Source of the DNA: an uncultured Candidatus Peribacteria bacterium
GTDB taxonomy: Bacteria; Patescibacteriota; Gracilibacteria; UBA1369; UBA12470
NCBI GenBank assembly: GCA_964538865.1
Contig: CAZIHU010000006.1
Coordinates: 26,059 to 66,058 of the forward strand
Reading direction: 5' to 3'
DNA: 40,000 nucleotides
The translations under genes were made by a program, and so were the position numbers. This document shows, in pieces, positions 1 through 8,156 of the stretch (its first letter is position 1; the number at the start of each line of letters is the position of its first letter). The notes below the pieces were generated by a model. That model made no database searches and was not told the origin of the DNA. It saw only the letters and a list, made by a program, of their open reading frames with translations.

Positions 1-3000
1 CTAGTAATAGTATTAAACGATGTAGACCTAATAGAAGGTCCAAATATCGAAATAACTGTAAGTGCATTCAACAATGTATCTGAGAAAGTAATGAGCACTT
101 GGGCAGAAGAAGTCGGAGGTGGCGGCCAACCAACAAACATACTTTTTAATCCGCACTTGTCTTTCCAAACAGCAATATTAACAGTAGAAACAAGCACAAT
201 AGCAAATAAGACAGATAATACAGTCGCATGTGACATACAAGTCATTAAGGCCGCACTAAATGGCAGTCCTACATGTTACGACACTTCAACAGCAACAGTA
301 AACGGACTCGCAGGAGGCATCACTGTAGATTTTATATTGCAGGGAGACTCAACTATAGGAAATTTTGGATACACTGATGGAAATTTAATCATAGGTCTTA
401 GCGACACAAATCCGGTAACTACAAGCCTAGACAATCTATCGGTAGACCTAGCAAACACAGGAAGCGTCACTGAATCTTTCAATGATTTCCAACAAAACGG
501 AATTAATTACGCACAATATAAAAACACCGATGCCGACTGGTCCGACATGACAACAGCAATTACCGCACCATTAACAGCAGGTGCAGGAATAGATACGAGC
601 GGCCTAACAACTGCATGTCCGGTAGACGCAATGTTTGACGGAAAAACCTGTCTAAATCAAACAGGATTTGATTTCACAGGAGGAGATATAAAACAAACAG
701 CCTCACTAGACGCAATCGTCGTAGGCAATACAGGCAACCAATTGATACTTGTATGGGACGATAACAACGTAATTATAGATAAATTCGGATTAAGCTTAGA
801 GGTACCACAACTCGACATCGCAAAACCAGCGACGCTGGGCAACTTCATCGACATTGGAGGTGGTGGCGGAGGAGGCGGCGAAAACAAATACCAACCATTC
901 CACGAATTTACCGGGACATCAGTGATGTTACTTGGGGGAGCAAGTATTGACGCAGGGAAACAAACCGCTTGTAACCAAGAAATACAAGACATACTTGGAT
1001 TTTTCGCAGGAGGAGAACTGGTCTGTTATCAAAACTCTCTTGTAACCAACGTATCTGGAGACTCACTACAAGGACACATATCAGCAAACAACGTATGGGC
1101 ATTGGTAGACCAAAACACGATCATGCCAGGAGAAAGCGGCATAGCGGTGATATTTTCAATGCCGGACATCGCATTCGGAACAGACAGCCTATCCATCACA
1201 GTTGACGGAACAGCGTACAGCACTTGGGGCTGGGACGATGGGATGACAGAAGATGACTGGGACCCTGTAATGATGGGGTCAGACGACAACGTTTGGTTCC
1301 AGGGATCTTTCATACCTTGGGAAGTCGGAACAAACCTGAAAACAGCAACTATGATGTGGTCAGGACCTTTGAATACAGCAACAGTCAATACAAGCGTCTT
1401 CAAGCTTTATGACTCTGACTGGAACTCCAAAACAATTTCCGTAACTTCAACAACACTCGAAAGCGGCGAAACAGTAGTGGATATTGCATTACCTCCTGTA
1501 CTATCAGACGACACCGAATATATGATAGTAGTCGACGGCTTAAAAGATGCAAAAGGTAACGATTTAAATTACGAACAACTTAACTTCTGGACAAATTCAG
1601 CCTTCAACACAGACTCAGGCTCGCAAATGATGTACAGCTGGCCTGGAGACAACGAATCAGGAATAGACCCTCTTATGCCAGAGATAGGAATCGGCTTCGA
1701 TTACAGTAAGCCAATAACTTCAACCGGGACAGGAACTATCACGCCTTCAGTATCAGGAACAACATACGAAATAGATCCAATGTATAACGAAATTTTAGTT
1801 TACCTAGGTGAAGCTTTAGCAAACAACACTGAGTACACAGTAAGCTTCCCTAACGTAACAGATGCGTATGGATTCACTTCGAGCGCCGAAATAACATTCA
1901 CAACTGGCCAAGCAAGCACAGACGCACCTCAAATAAACTGGGTAGACTTCTATACAGGAACAGATTCAGGAGGAACAATAATGGGAGGGGAAGTAACGAT
2001 GGGCTTCAACATGGCTTTAAATTCAGCAGCAAAAGAAGGAGAAAACTGGACCTTGGTATGTGATGGCGGAGCCACACTCCCTTCAACCACTTTGGAAGGG
2101 AAAGCGGTCGAATACAATTCAAACGAATGGATGGTAACAATCTTCGACCCAGGTATCCCAGAAAACGCCAACAACTGTACCATCACAGCAGGAGCTGCAA
2201 TAAAAGGACTTAATAACGTAGCATTTTCAACTAACGAATCGACAGGACCTCCAATGCAGGAATTCTCGTACTTCGACGAAACATGGGCAGGAGATTTCGG
2301 CAACATGATGGATTTTGGATGTATGGGAGACTGTGGACTTGATGACAAATTCATGGACGCAGGATTCATGGCATTCGGAGGAATGATTGAATTTGAACCA
2401 AGTACAACAATAGCAGGGAAAGTTGCTGAAGAAATTTGGTTTAGCACCTCAATAAGTCAGGAATTGAAAACAGGATATATATTAGAAATAACACTGCCAT
2501 CAGGAGCAACTCTTGACGACAGCAAACTAGAAATTCATGGGCAATACAACATAAACGGCAAAGTAATTTGGTTCGACTCTGACAATGCAACATATTCATC
2601 TACAACCAAAAAAATCAAAATCCCTATAAAAATCGATTCTGACGGAGACGGAAATGCAGACACAGGAGACAGCGGAGGTAAACTTAGCAATTTCCAATTA
2701 GACGGAATTATCGGAGGTTCATGCTTTACAAACCCTGCAACCGCATCAGAATACGACTGGGAAACAGGTAACGGAGGTGGATATGCAGTCTTTGGCATAA
2801 CAGACTCCCTTGGTAAAACCACAGAAAGCATCGGGAACTCGACACCTTACTCAGTAGGAGCAACCGGAGACGGAACAATCAGTGGTAAAGTAATAAATTC
2901 AGCAACAAGCGAAGGAGTCGAAGGAGTACCAGTATTCGTAGAAAGCTGGAAAACAGGTGAATTCGAAACTACAACAGCCTCAGACGGTACATACAGCTTT

Positions 3001-6000
3001 ACAGGACTACCTACAGCAGAATCAGTAGGCTCATCTTATGGAGTTGATTACTTCGTCGGGATAGATCCAAAAGAAGGATATGTTGTAACAACAGCCGACA
3101 ACTTCATTTATCTAGATTCAAGCAACAAAACCGAAACAAACTTGGATTTCAACGTGAACCCTGCGGATGTAACCGCAAGTGTTACATTCACAACCCCTGA
3201 TCACCCTGTAAAAAACGATTTAGTAGTAGAAGCTTTCAACTGGATGAACAACCAATTTGCGATGAAGGAAATAACAATCCCAGCAAACCAAACAGAAACA
3301 GTAGTTGAAATAGGAATATCAAACGGTGATTGGGAAATATGTGCACACCCCGACCAAGGAGTAGAAATGAAAGGAGGAGGAGGTATGGATATGGGTACAG
3401 GAATGGCAATGCACATGATGATCCCATGTGTAAATATATATGTAGGTGAAGGAGAAAGCACAACTACTGCATCAATCGGAGTAGAGCAATCAGACGGAAC
3501 AATAAACGTCACAGCAACCGACACTTCGGGTAGTGCAATATCCAACACAACGGTATTCGCATACAATCCATGGAGTGGCATGGGTGGAGGAGACTGTACA
3601 ACCAACGACCAAGGGACATGTTCTATAAACGTTGTCTCAAACGAACAATATACAGTTCTCATGGACAGAAACGGATCGATGCAAGAAAAAAGTGTGTACG
3701 TACCTAGCGGAGATCCCGTATCAGTCACATTCCAAGGTAAAAGCCAAGGAATAGTAATAAGTGGTAATGTACTAGCAGAAGGTAGTAGTTCAGCATGGAT
3801 TCAAACATGGGACGACTGGGGTTTCTACGCAGGAACCGAAGCAAATACAGAAACAGGAGCATGGGCTTTATCAGTACCTGACAACACAACACTATACGTT
3901 GAAGCATGGGGCGACTGGGGTCAGTTAACAGGTTCAGGTGTATACGTAACAAACGGACAGCATGAGATAACAATATCAGGTGACAACGTAAGTAGTATTA
4001 ACTTCGTCAAAGACAGTGCCAACTCAGTAACACTCTCAGGAAGCACAAGTCCTGCTATAGAGGGAATGACAATATGTGCTGACGAGAGATACATAAGCAC
4101 AGGCGAATATGGATACAACTTCAATTGTACTTCAACCAACTCAAGCGGAGAATTCTCATTGGTTGTCGCAAAAACGACAGGAACCACTGCATACGAAATC
4201 ATTGGATACAGCATGAACTACGGAGATCTCTATTACGATTCTTGGGTAGAAGCTACTACAGATGTAAGCAACATTGTAATGTCAGCCGGCGATATGAATG
4301 AAGTAACAATCAACATAACCGGCAACCCAGGACTAAATGAAGCATTCTTAGATATTTTCGATCCCAATACAGGAAGATGGGCAGGACAACAGGTTATGCT
4401 AAGTAACTTAAGCAGCAAAACCGTAACATTATACGTAGACGACGGGACATACGACGTATGGCTTTGGACTCAACTCGGTGGATTCAACCCATCAGACTCA
4501 AACGGCAATCCAAAGCTAACTATTAACGAAGATACAACAATTAACTTCACACTGGGAGAAATAAGCAACGATCTTATCGAAATGACTGTGACGGTAGTCG
4601 ACCCTGGCGGAGACCCTGTAGAAAACGCATGGGTAGAAGCTTTTGACTACGAAACAAACACATTCATAGGTGGTGAAACCGACTCAAGCGGAGAATTTAC
4701 AGATTGGGTAGCACCAGGATCAAACCTAAAAATCAGAGCAGATCACTGGAATTATTCGTCCAAAAAGATCTCTGTAACAAAAGAAGAGCTAGAAACAAAC
4801 CCTAATGTAGCATTAACACTCGGTGGACAGAAAAGCAGCACCATCACCATCAACGTAACAACCGGCTCAGGCTCAAGCGTCACGGATTTCTGGGGAGACG
4901 TCACAGACGGCGAATTCTGGAACGGTGCACCTCTCATCGGAGCAACACAAATCGCTGTACCTGATCTAGACGGAGAATTAACTGTTTTCATCAACGCAAT
5001 CAACGGAGATTATCTCGAAACAACAGCTAGTGTAGGAGACACAGTATCTGTCACCTACCCAACTGACTTTACAACAGGAGCAGACTGGCTAGGAACAGAT
5101 GCCGAGCCAGCAATTCAAAGCGGCGACGAAAACGGAGTATCCCTAAAAGATACCGACAACGGAATAGAACTGGATGCATCAACAGGACTTCTTAATGGAG
5201 ACTTTACAATCACAGCTCAAACCGTAGGAAATCTCCCAGGTAAAACAGGAGGAGAAGTAACACCTCTATTAGGTAAACAAATCATCCTGAAAGACGCCAA
5301 CGGAACAGTTACAACCGACACCTCGGCAACATACAACACGACTTTCACTATGGACGATAATCAGCTGGAGGGAATGATCGCAAACAACGAATTAACAATA
5401 GATGGTTTCGCTGGACTCAATATAGGATATTGGAGCGCCAATAACACATGGGTAGTAGAAACAACAAGTAGAACTGCAGAGGTAAAACTAACATCTGGTG
5501 ACTCATGGACAGCAGAAGAAATGACAACATTAATCACAAATCTGAAAGCAAACACAGATTACTACTACGACTACCGAATCAAACTCACAGCGATCGGACT
5601 AGATCACTTCACAATCTTCTCACCAATAACAGGAAGTGATTCAACTCCACCAAGCGCACCGACAGGCCTAAGTGGATCTGCGACATCTTCAGCAGTCACA
5701 CTCGACTGGAACGACAACTCTGAAGGAGACCTACTTGAATACGAAATCTACAGAAGCACAACAACACCAGTACCTCTAGAAGACGCAAACCAAGTCAACA
5801 CAAGCGCAGTTACATCAAGCACTTTCACCGACTCAACAGTTACAGCAGGCACAACTTACTACTACGCAATAACCGCAGTAGACACATCTCACAACGAATC
5901 AACATCCCTAGAAGCAAATGTGGCTGTACCAGCAGAAGATGATGACACCCCAGTCGTGATAGTCATAACCCCATCAGCAACTGGAGGAGGCACAGCAAGC

Positions 6001-6678
6001 ACAGTAACATCCGATGATGACGATGAAGAAGTTGAAGAAGCCGAAGAAGGTGAAGGTGAAGGTGAAGAAACCAGCGACGAATCCGGATGGACATCATCAG
6101 AACACGATGAAATAGATGAGGATGAGGATGAAGAAGAAATAACAACCGACTATGAAGACCACTGGGCAAAGAGCTACATCGAAACAATTATCGAAGCCGG
6201 CATTGCATCAGGCCTAGACGAATACACATTCATGCCTGACAACGCCTTAACTCGCGCAGAAATGACGAAGATGATTGTACTCGCATTCGAATACAACATC
6301 CAAGAGGACCTCATCTCAACCGTCTTCCCTGACGTAGACCCTGAAGAGTGGTATGCACCTTATGTAGAAGCAGCTTACGTCAACGGACTTGTCAGCGGAT
6401 ATCCTGACGGAACATTCCAGCCAGGCAACAACATCAACAGGGCTGAAGCGATGAAAATCATCGTCGAAGCTTATCTCACAGATGAAGAAGTCGACGCCAT
6501 CGTAACCGCCACACTACCATTCCCTGACGTAGAACCGGATGCATGGTATACACCTTACATCACCTACGGATATTTGGAACATATAGTAAGCGGATATGAA
6601 GACGGCACTTACGGTCCTGCAAACAATGTTACTCGCGCCGAATTCAGTAAGATAATTTCAAACTTACTGCAGTTATAA
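1..6678 (+). CDS. Giant S-layer-type surface protein, 5'-partial (Ig-like, CarboxypepD_reg-like and FN3 modules plus 3 C-terminal SLH repeats)
   Basis: Frame 1 is open from nt 1 (LVIVLNDVDLIEGPNIEITVSAFNNVSEKV precedes the ATG at 91), and no signal peptide follows M91, so the gene probably starts upstream of the window. Motifs read in the translation: SbsA/Big_5-like Ig modules (..EYMIVVDGLKDAKGNDL; ..NNTEYTVSFPNVTDAYGF); carboxypeptidase-regulatory-like beta-sandwiches (GTISGKVINSATSEGVEGVPVFV..DGTYSFTGLP; VTVVDPGGDPVENAWVEAFD); one FN3 (PPSAPTGLSGSATSSAVTLDWNDN..YYYAITAVDTSHNES); a D/E-rich linker; and three SLH repeats at the C-terminus. Confidence 0.85.
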   Translation, partial: LVIVLNDVDLIEGPNIEITVSAFNNVSEKVMSTWAEEVGGGGQPTNILFNPHLSFQTAILTVETSTIANKTDNTVACDIQVIKAALNGSPTCYDTSTATVNGLAGGITVDFILQGDSTIGNFGYTDGNLIIGLSDTNPVTTSLDNLSVDLANTGSVTESFNDFQQNGINYAQYKNTDADWSDMTTAITAPLTAGAGIDTSGLTTACPVDAMFDGKTCLNQTGFDFTGGDIKQTASLDAIVVGNTGNQLILVWDDNNVIIDKFGLSLEVPQLDIAKPATLGNFIDIGGGGGGGGENKYQPFHEFTGTSVMLLGGASIDAGKQTACNQEIQDILGFFAGGELVCYQNSLVTNVSGDSLQGHISANNVWALVDQNTIMPGESGIAVIFSMPDIAFGTDSLSITVDGTAYSTWGWDDGMTEDDWDPVMMGSDDNVWFQGSFIPWEVGTNLKTATMMWSGPLNTATVNTSVFKLYDSDWNSKTISVTSTTLESGETVVDIALPPVLSDDTEYMIVVDGLKDAKGNDLNYEQLNFWTNSAFNTDSGSQMMYSWPGDNESGIDPLMPEIGIGFDYSKPITSTGTGTITPSVSGTTYEIDPMYNEILVYLGEALANNTEYTVSFPNVTDAYGFTSSAEITFTTGQASTDAPQINWVDFYTGTDSGGTIMGGEVTMGFNMALNSAAKEGENWTLVCDGGATLPSTTLEGKAVEYNSNEWMVTIFDPGIPENANNCTITAGAAIKGLNNVAFSTNESTGPPMQEFSYFDETWAGDFGNMMDFGCMGDCGLDDKFMDAGFMAFGGMIEFEPSTTIAGKVAEEIWFSTSISQELKTGYILEITLPSGATLDDSKLEIHGQYNINGKVIWFDSDNATYSSTTKKIKIPIKIDSDGDGNADTGDSGGKLSNFQLDGIIGGSCFTNPATASEYDWETGNGGGYAVFGITDSLGKTTESIGNSTPYSVGATGDGTISGKVINSATSEGVEGVPVFVESWKTGEFETTTASDGTYSFTGLPTAESVGSSYGVDYFVGIDPKEGYVVTTADNFIYLDSSNKTETNLDFNVNPADVTASVTFTTPDHPVKNDLVVEAFNWMNNQFAMKEITIPANQTETVVEIGISNGDWEICAHPDQGVEMKGGGGMDMGTGMAMHMMIPCVNIYVGEGESTTTASIGVEQSDGTINVTATDTSGSAISNTTVFAYNPWSGMGGGDCTTNDQGTCSINVVSNEQYTVLMDRNGSMQEKSVYVPSGDPVSVTFQGKSQGIVISGNVLAEGSSSAWIQTWDDWGFYAGTEANTETGAWALSVPDNTTLYVEAWGDWGQLTGSGVYVTNGQHEITISGDNVSSINFVKDSANSVTLSGSTSPAIEGMTICADERYISTGEYGYNFNCTSTNSSGEFSLVVAKTTGTTAYEIIGYSMNYGDLYYDSWVEATTDVSNIVMSAGDMNEVTINITGNPGLNEAFLDIFDPNTGRWAGQQVMLSNLSSKTVTLYVDDGTYDVWLWTQLGGFNPSDSNGNPKLTINEDTTINFTLGEISNDLIEMTVTVVDPGGDPVENAWVEAFDYETNTFIGGETDSSGEFTDWVAPGSNLKIRADHWNYSSKKISVTKEELETNPNVALTLGGQKSSTITINVTTGSGSSVTDFWGDVTDGEFWNGAPLIGATQIAVPDLDGELTVFINAINGDYLETTASVGDTVSVTYPTDFTTGADWLGTDAEPAIQSGDENGVSLKDTDNGIELDASTGLLNGDFTITAQTVGNLPGKTGGEVTPLLGKQIILKDANGTVTTDTSATYNTTFTMDDNQLEGMIANNELTIDGFAGLNIGYWSANNTWVVETTSRTAEVKLTSGDSWTAEEMTTLITNLKANTDYYYDYRIKLTAIGLDHFTIFSPITGSDSTPPSAPTGLSGSATSSAVTLDWNDNSEGDLLEYEIYRSTTTPVPLEDANQVNTSAVTSSTFTDSTVTAGTTYYYAITAVDTSHNESTSLEANVAVPAEDDDTPVVIVITPSATGGGTASTVTSDDDDEEVEEAEEGEGEGEETSDESGWTSSEHDEIDEDEDEEEITTDYEDHWAKSYIETIIEAGIASGLDEYTFMPDNALTRAEMTKMIVLAFEYNIQEDLISTVFPDVDPEEWYAPYVEAAYVNGLVSGYPDGTFQPGNNINRAEAMKIIVEAYLTDEEVDAIVTATLPFPDVEPDAWYTPYITYGYLEHIVSGYEDGTYGPANNVTRAEFSKIISNLLQL
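6151..6675 (+). other. Three tandem S-layer-homology (SLH) repeats, the cell-wall anchoring module of the CDS above
   Basis: DHWAKSYIETIIEAGIASGLDEYTFMPDNALTRAEMTKMIV / FPDVDPEEWYAPYVEAAYVNGLVSGYPDGTFQPGNNINRAEAMKII / FPDVEPDAWYTPYITYGYLEHIVSGYEDGTYGPANNVTRAEFSKII. These match the classical SLH pattern (aromatic-rich helix, G.(P/E)DGTF.P...(I/V)TRAE). Confidence 0.85.
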
Positions 6679-6683
6679 AATTG

Positions 6684-6723
6684 TTCAAAAAAAGACCTTC
6701 CCCATTTCGGGGGAGGTCTTTTA
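6684..6723. terminator. Bidirectional rho-independent terminator between convergent genes
   Basis: AAAAAAA-AGACCTTCCCC-ATTTC-GGGGGAGGTCT-TTTT. The stem is 11 bp with one G-U pair, the loop is 5 nt, and an A-run and a T-run flank it. It lies 15 nt after the plus-strand stop (6678) and 18 nt after the minus-strand stop (6737). Confidence 0.85.
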
Positions 6724-6736
6724 AATGTATCTCAAA

Positions 6737-7030
6737 TTACTCAAGCTCAACCTTAATCCCTCCAACTTTCCCCGCAACAATATTATAGATGAAAGCTCCA
6801 AGCGCACCTGCGATATAACCAATAATAAATCCTACGATTGCCCCTACAATCATCGCTCCAAGAGCCACAATCACCCCAAATCCAGTACCTTCAAAGCCCA
6901 AAAGCGGCCCAATCAAGGAAAATACAAGCGTCAAAGCTCCCCCTAGAGCATACATAGCCGCAAAAATTGTAGCCTGAATCTTCGCGACCGACCCCACATC
7001 GAGACTTTTTACAGTTTTCATTTCTGCCAT
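6737..7030 (-). CDS. Small glycine-rich integral membrane protein (hypothetical)
   Basis: The 97-aa ORF has an ATG start and 2-3 hydrophobic G/A/I-rich segments (FAAMYALGGALTLVFSLIGPLLGF; GVIVALGAMIVGAIVGFIIGYIAGALGAFIY). It has its own extended -10 promoter, the A-rich AAAAACAAAC-ATG start context seen at other genes here, and the terminator directly downstream. The overlapping plus-strand ORF 6725..6946 has an implausible composition. Confidence 0.6.
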   Translation of the reverse strand: MAEMKTVKSLDVGSVAKIQATIFAAMYALGGALTLVFSLIGPLLGFEGTGFGVIVALGAMIVGAIVGFIIGYIAGALGAFIYNIVAGKVGGIKVELE

Positions 7031-7064
7031 GTTTGTTTTTGTTAAATTTTACAAACTAAGAAAA

Positions 7065-7073
7065 ATCATACCA
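7065..7073 (-). promoter_or_regulatory. Extended -10 promoter element (TGgTATGAT) for the small membrane protein gene
   Basis: The minus strand reads ..gttttgTGGTATGATttttc.., 35 nt upstream of the ATG at 7030. There is no good -35 (TCGAAC-like), which is typical for extended -10 promoters. Confidence 0.4.
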
Positions 7074-7082
7074 CAAAACATC

Positions 7083-7369
7083 GATGTTCGATACTTGAAT
7101 GTGGAATTTGGAGGTTGGAAGCTCGAATATGGAATCTGGAATTTGGAATCTCGAAGCTCGAATCTGGGATCTCGATGTTCGAATCTCGAAGCTCGAAGCT
7201 CGAATCTCGAATCTGGGATCTCGATGTTCGAATCTCGAAGCTCGAAGCTCGAATCTCGAATCTGGGATCTCGATGTTCGAATCTCGACATTCGACATTCC
7301 AAATTCCAAATTCCACATTCGACATTCAACATTCCACATTCGACATTCCAAATTCCATATTCAGCATTC
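7083..7369. repeat. In-register heptanucleotide tandem array, 41 units (GAANNTC to NANATTC types)
   Basis: Read unit by unit, the 7-nt register is unbroken over 287 bp. There is no stop codon in any of the six frames. The left end (GAATGTG GAATTTG) is the reverse complement of the right end (CAAATTC CACATTC). Confidence 0.95.
7160..7285. repeat. 49-bp (7x7) higher-order tandem repeat inside the heptamer array, about 2.6 copies
   Basis: GAATCTG GGATCTC GATGTTC GAATCTC GAAGCTC GAAGCTC GAATCTC starts at 7160, 7209 and 7258. The third copy is truncated after 4 units. The copies look identical by eye. Confidence 0.9.
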
Positions 7370-7383
7370 AAAACCACCGCAGA

Positions 7384-7477
7384 GGTTTTTGTTCATTTTG
7401 CGAAAACATCTGCAGGCTTCTGTTAATCGGATCTCGATTAACAGAAACGAAGCCGTTTGAGCAAAATAACAAAAACC
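7384..7477. repeat. Nested long-hairpin intergenic element, copy A (terminator-like or structured 3' element)
   Basis: The outer arms GGTTTTTGTTCATTTTGC (7384..7401) and GCAAAATAACAAAAACC (7461..7477) pair. The inner hairpin CTGTTAATCG-GATCT-CGATTAACAG (7420..7444) is a perfect 10-bp stem, and GGCTT/AAGCC pairs lie between. The right arm ends 5 nt from the CYTH stop codon (7483). The sequence resembles copies B and C. Confidence 0.7.
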
Positions 7478-7482
7478 GACAT

Positions 7483-8037
7483 TCAACATTCGAACTTCAA
7501 ATTACAAATATCAACCTCTGGCCACCTCTGCGCAAACAGCCGAAAAGCAGTTTCACAACTAATCTCATAATCCCCTAGCCCAAGCTTTTCCACCATCCCA
7601 TACACCTCATCCTCGGAAGCCCCCTCAATCTCTGCATAACAAATCCCTCCCGGATATTCATCAATATCAATATGCACGCCATCAACATCATACGAAGTTC
7701 GCTTTTTTTCACAATACAAGGTCTCGACCAATCCAACCTCTTTCAAAATCGCACAAGCAACTTCCGCATCATCCACCAACGTCTGAACTTCCGAACGAAC
7801 CTTGCATCGACCACTTTCCTCCTTCGGCCCCTTGTAGGCAAACTCAACAATCGTTTCTCCAATCGACCTCACTCGAATAAGTTTACCATCCGCACGAAGC
7901 CGCTTATCCGGATAATCAAAATGCCGAACAATCATCAGCCCATCCGGCAGTCTCTTTCCGCCAACATCAATTACCGCTTTTTCAAGCGATTCTTTTTCAA
8001 TACCGAGGACTTTGATTTCAATTTCTTTGTTAGGCAT
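7483..8037 (-). CDS. CYTH-domain protein (triphosphate tunnel metalloenzyme / class IV adenylate cyclase CyaB-like)
   Basis: The N-terminal EIEIK matches the ExExK hallmark. It is followed by LIRVRS..EFAYKGP..CKVRSEVQT..LKEVGL..EKKRTSYDV..VHIDIDEYPG..YAEIEG, which fits the conserved R.R / K / R.E.E / K.R / D.D / E.E tunnel residues of CYTH proteins. The start is ATG. The last ~7 codons are encoded by heptamer-repeat sequence. Confidence 0.8.
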   Translation of the reverse strand: MPNKEIEIKVLGIEKESLEKAVIDVGGKRLPDGLMIVRHFDYPDKRLRADGKLIRVRSIGETIVEFAYKGPKEESGRCKVRSEVQTLVDDAEVACAILKEVGLVETLYCEKKRTSYDVDGVHIDIDEYPGGICYAEIEGASEDEVYGMVEKLGLGDYEISCETAFRLFAQRWPEVDICNLKFEC

Positions 8038-8072
8038 TAGGCATTAGGGTTGATAATAGTTTACTACAAACG

Positions 8073-8147
8073 TTTTGCGAAGCAAAACTTCACAGACGCC
8101 GAATAGGCGTCAAGCATAATATCAACCGTTTCTGCGAAGCAGAAACA
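8073..8147. repeat. Cluster of three short perfect hairpins (two with a GCGAAGC core) downstream of yhhQ
   Basis: GTTTTGC-GAA-GCAAAAC (8073..8089), GACGCC-GAATA-GGCGTC (8096..8112) and GTTTCTGC-GAA-GCAGAAAC (8129..8147). Confidence 0.8.
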
Positions 8148-8156
8148 CCAATCACT

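Noticed and set aside
6725-6946. Plus-strand ORF (73 aa) overlapping the small membrane-protein gene.
   Set aside because: It starts inside the terminator region, has a basic low-complexity translation (..NHRSKSHNHPKSSTFKAQKRPNQGKYKRQSSP), and has no promoter. The minus-strand ORF has a promoter, a start context, hydrophobic segments and a terminator.
7174-7187. GTTCGAATC strings resembling a tRNA T-arm/T-loop.
   Set aside because: They are just the GATGTTC GAATCTC units recurring every 49 nt. No acceptor, D or anticodon arms can be drawn around them. I found no tRNA elsewhere in the window.
7083-7369. Possibility that the periodic arrays are CRISPR arrays.
   Set aside because: The period is 7 nt with no unique spacers, there is no repeat of 24-48 nt, and no cas genes are in the window.
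7029-7578. Six overlapping ORFs of 89-159 aa on both strands (7029..7460+, 7099..7578+, 7115..7426+, 7049..7351-, 7056..7325-, 7066..7377-).
   Set aside because: All lie on the heptamer array. Their translations are repeat-derived low-complexity strings (SNLESR..., FEIRASR...). A 7-nt repeat lacking TAA/TAG/TGA on both strands is open in all six frames by construction. There are no plausible start contexts.
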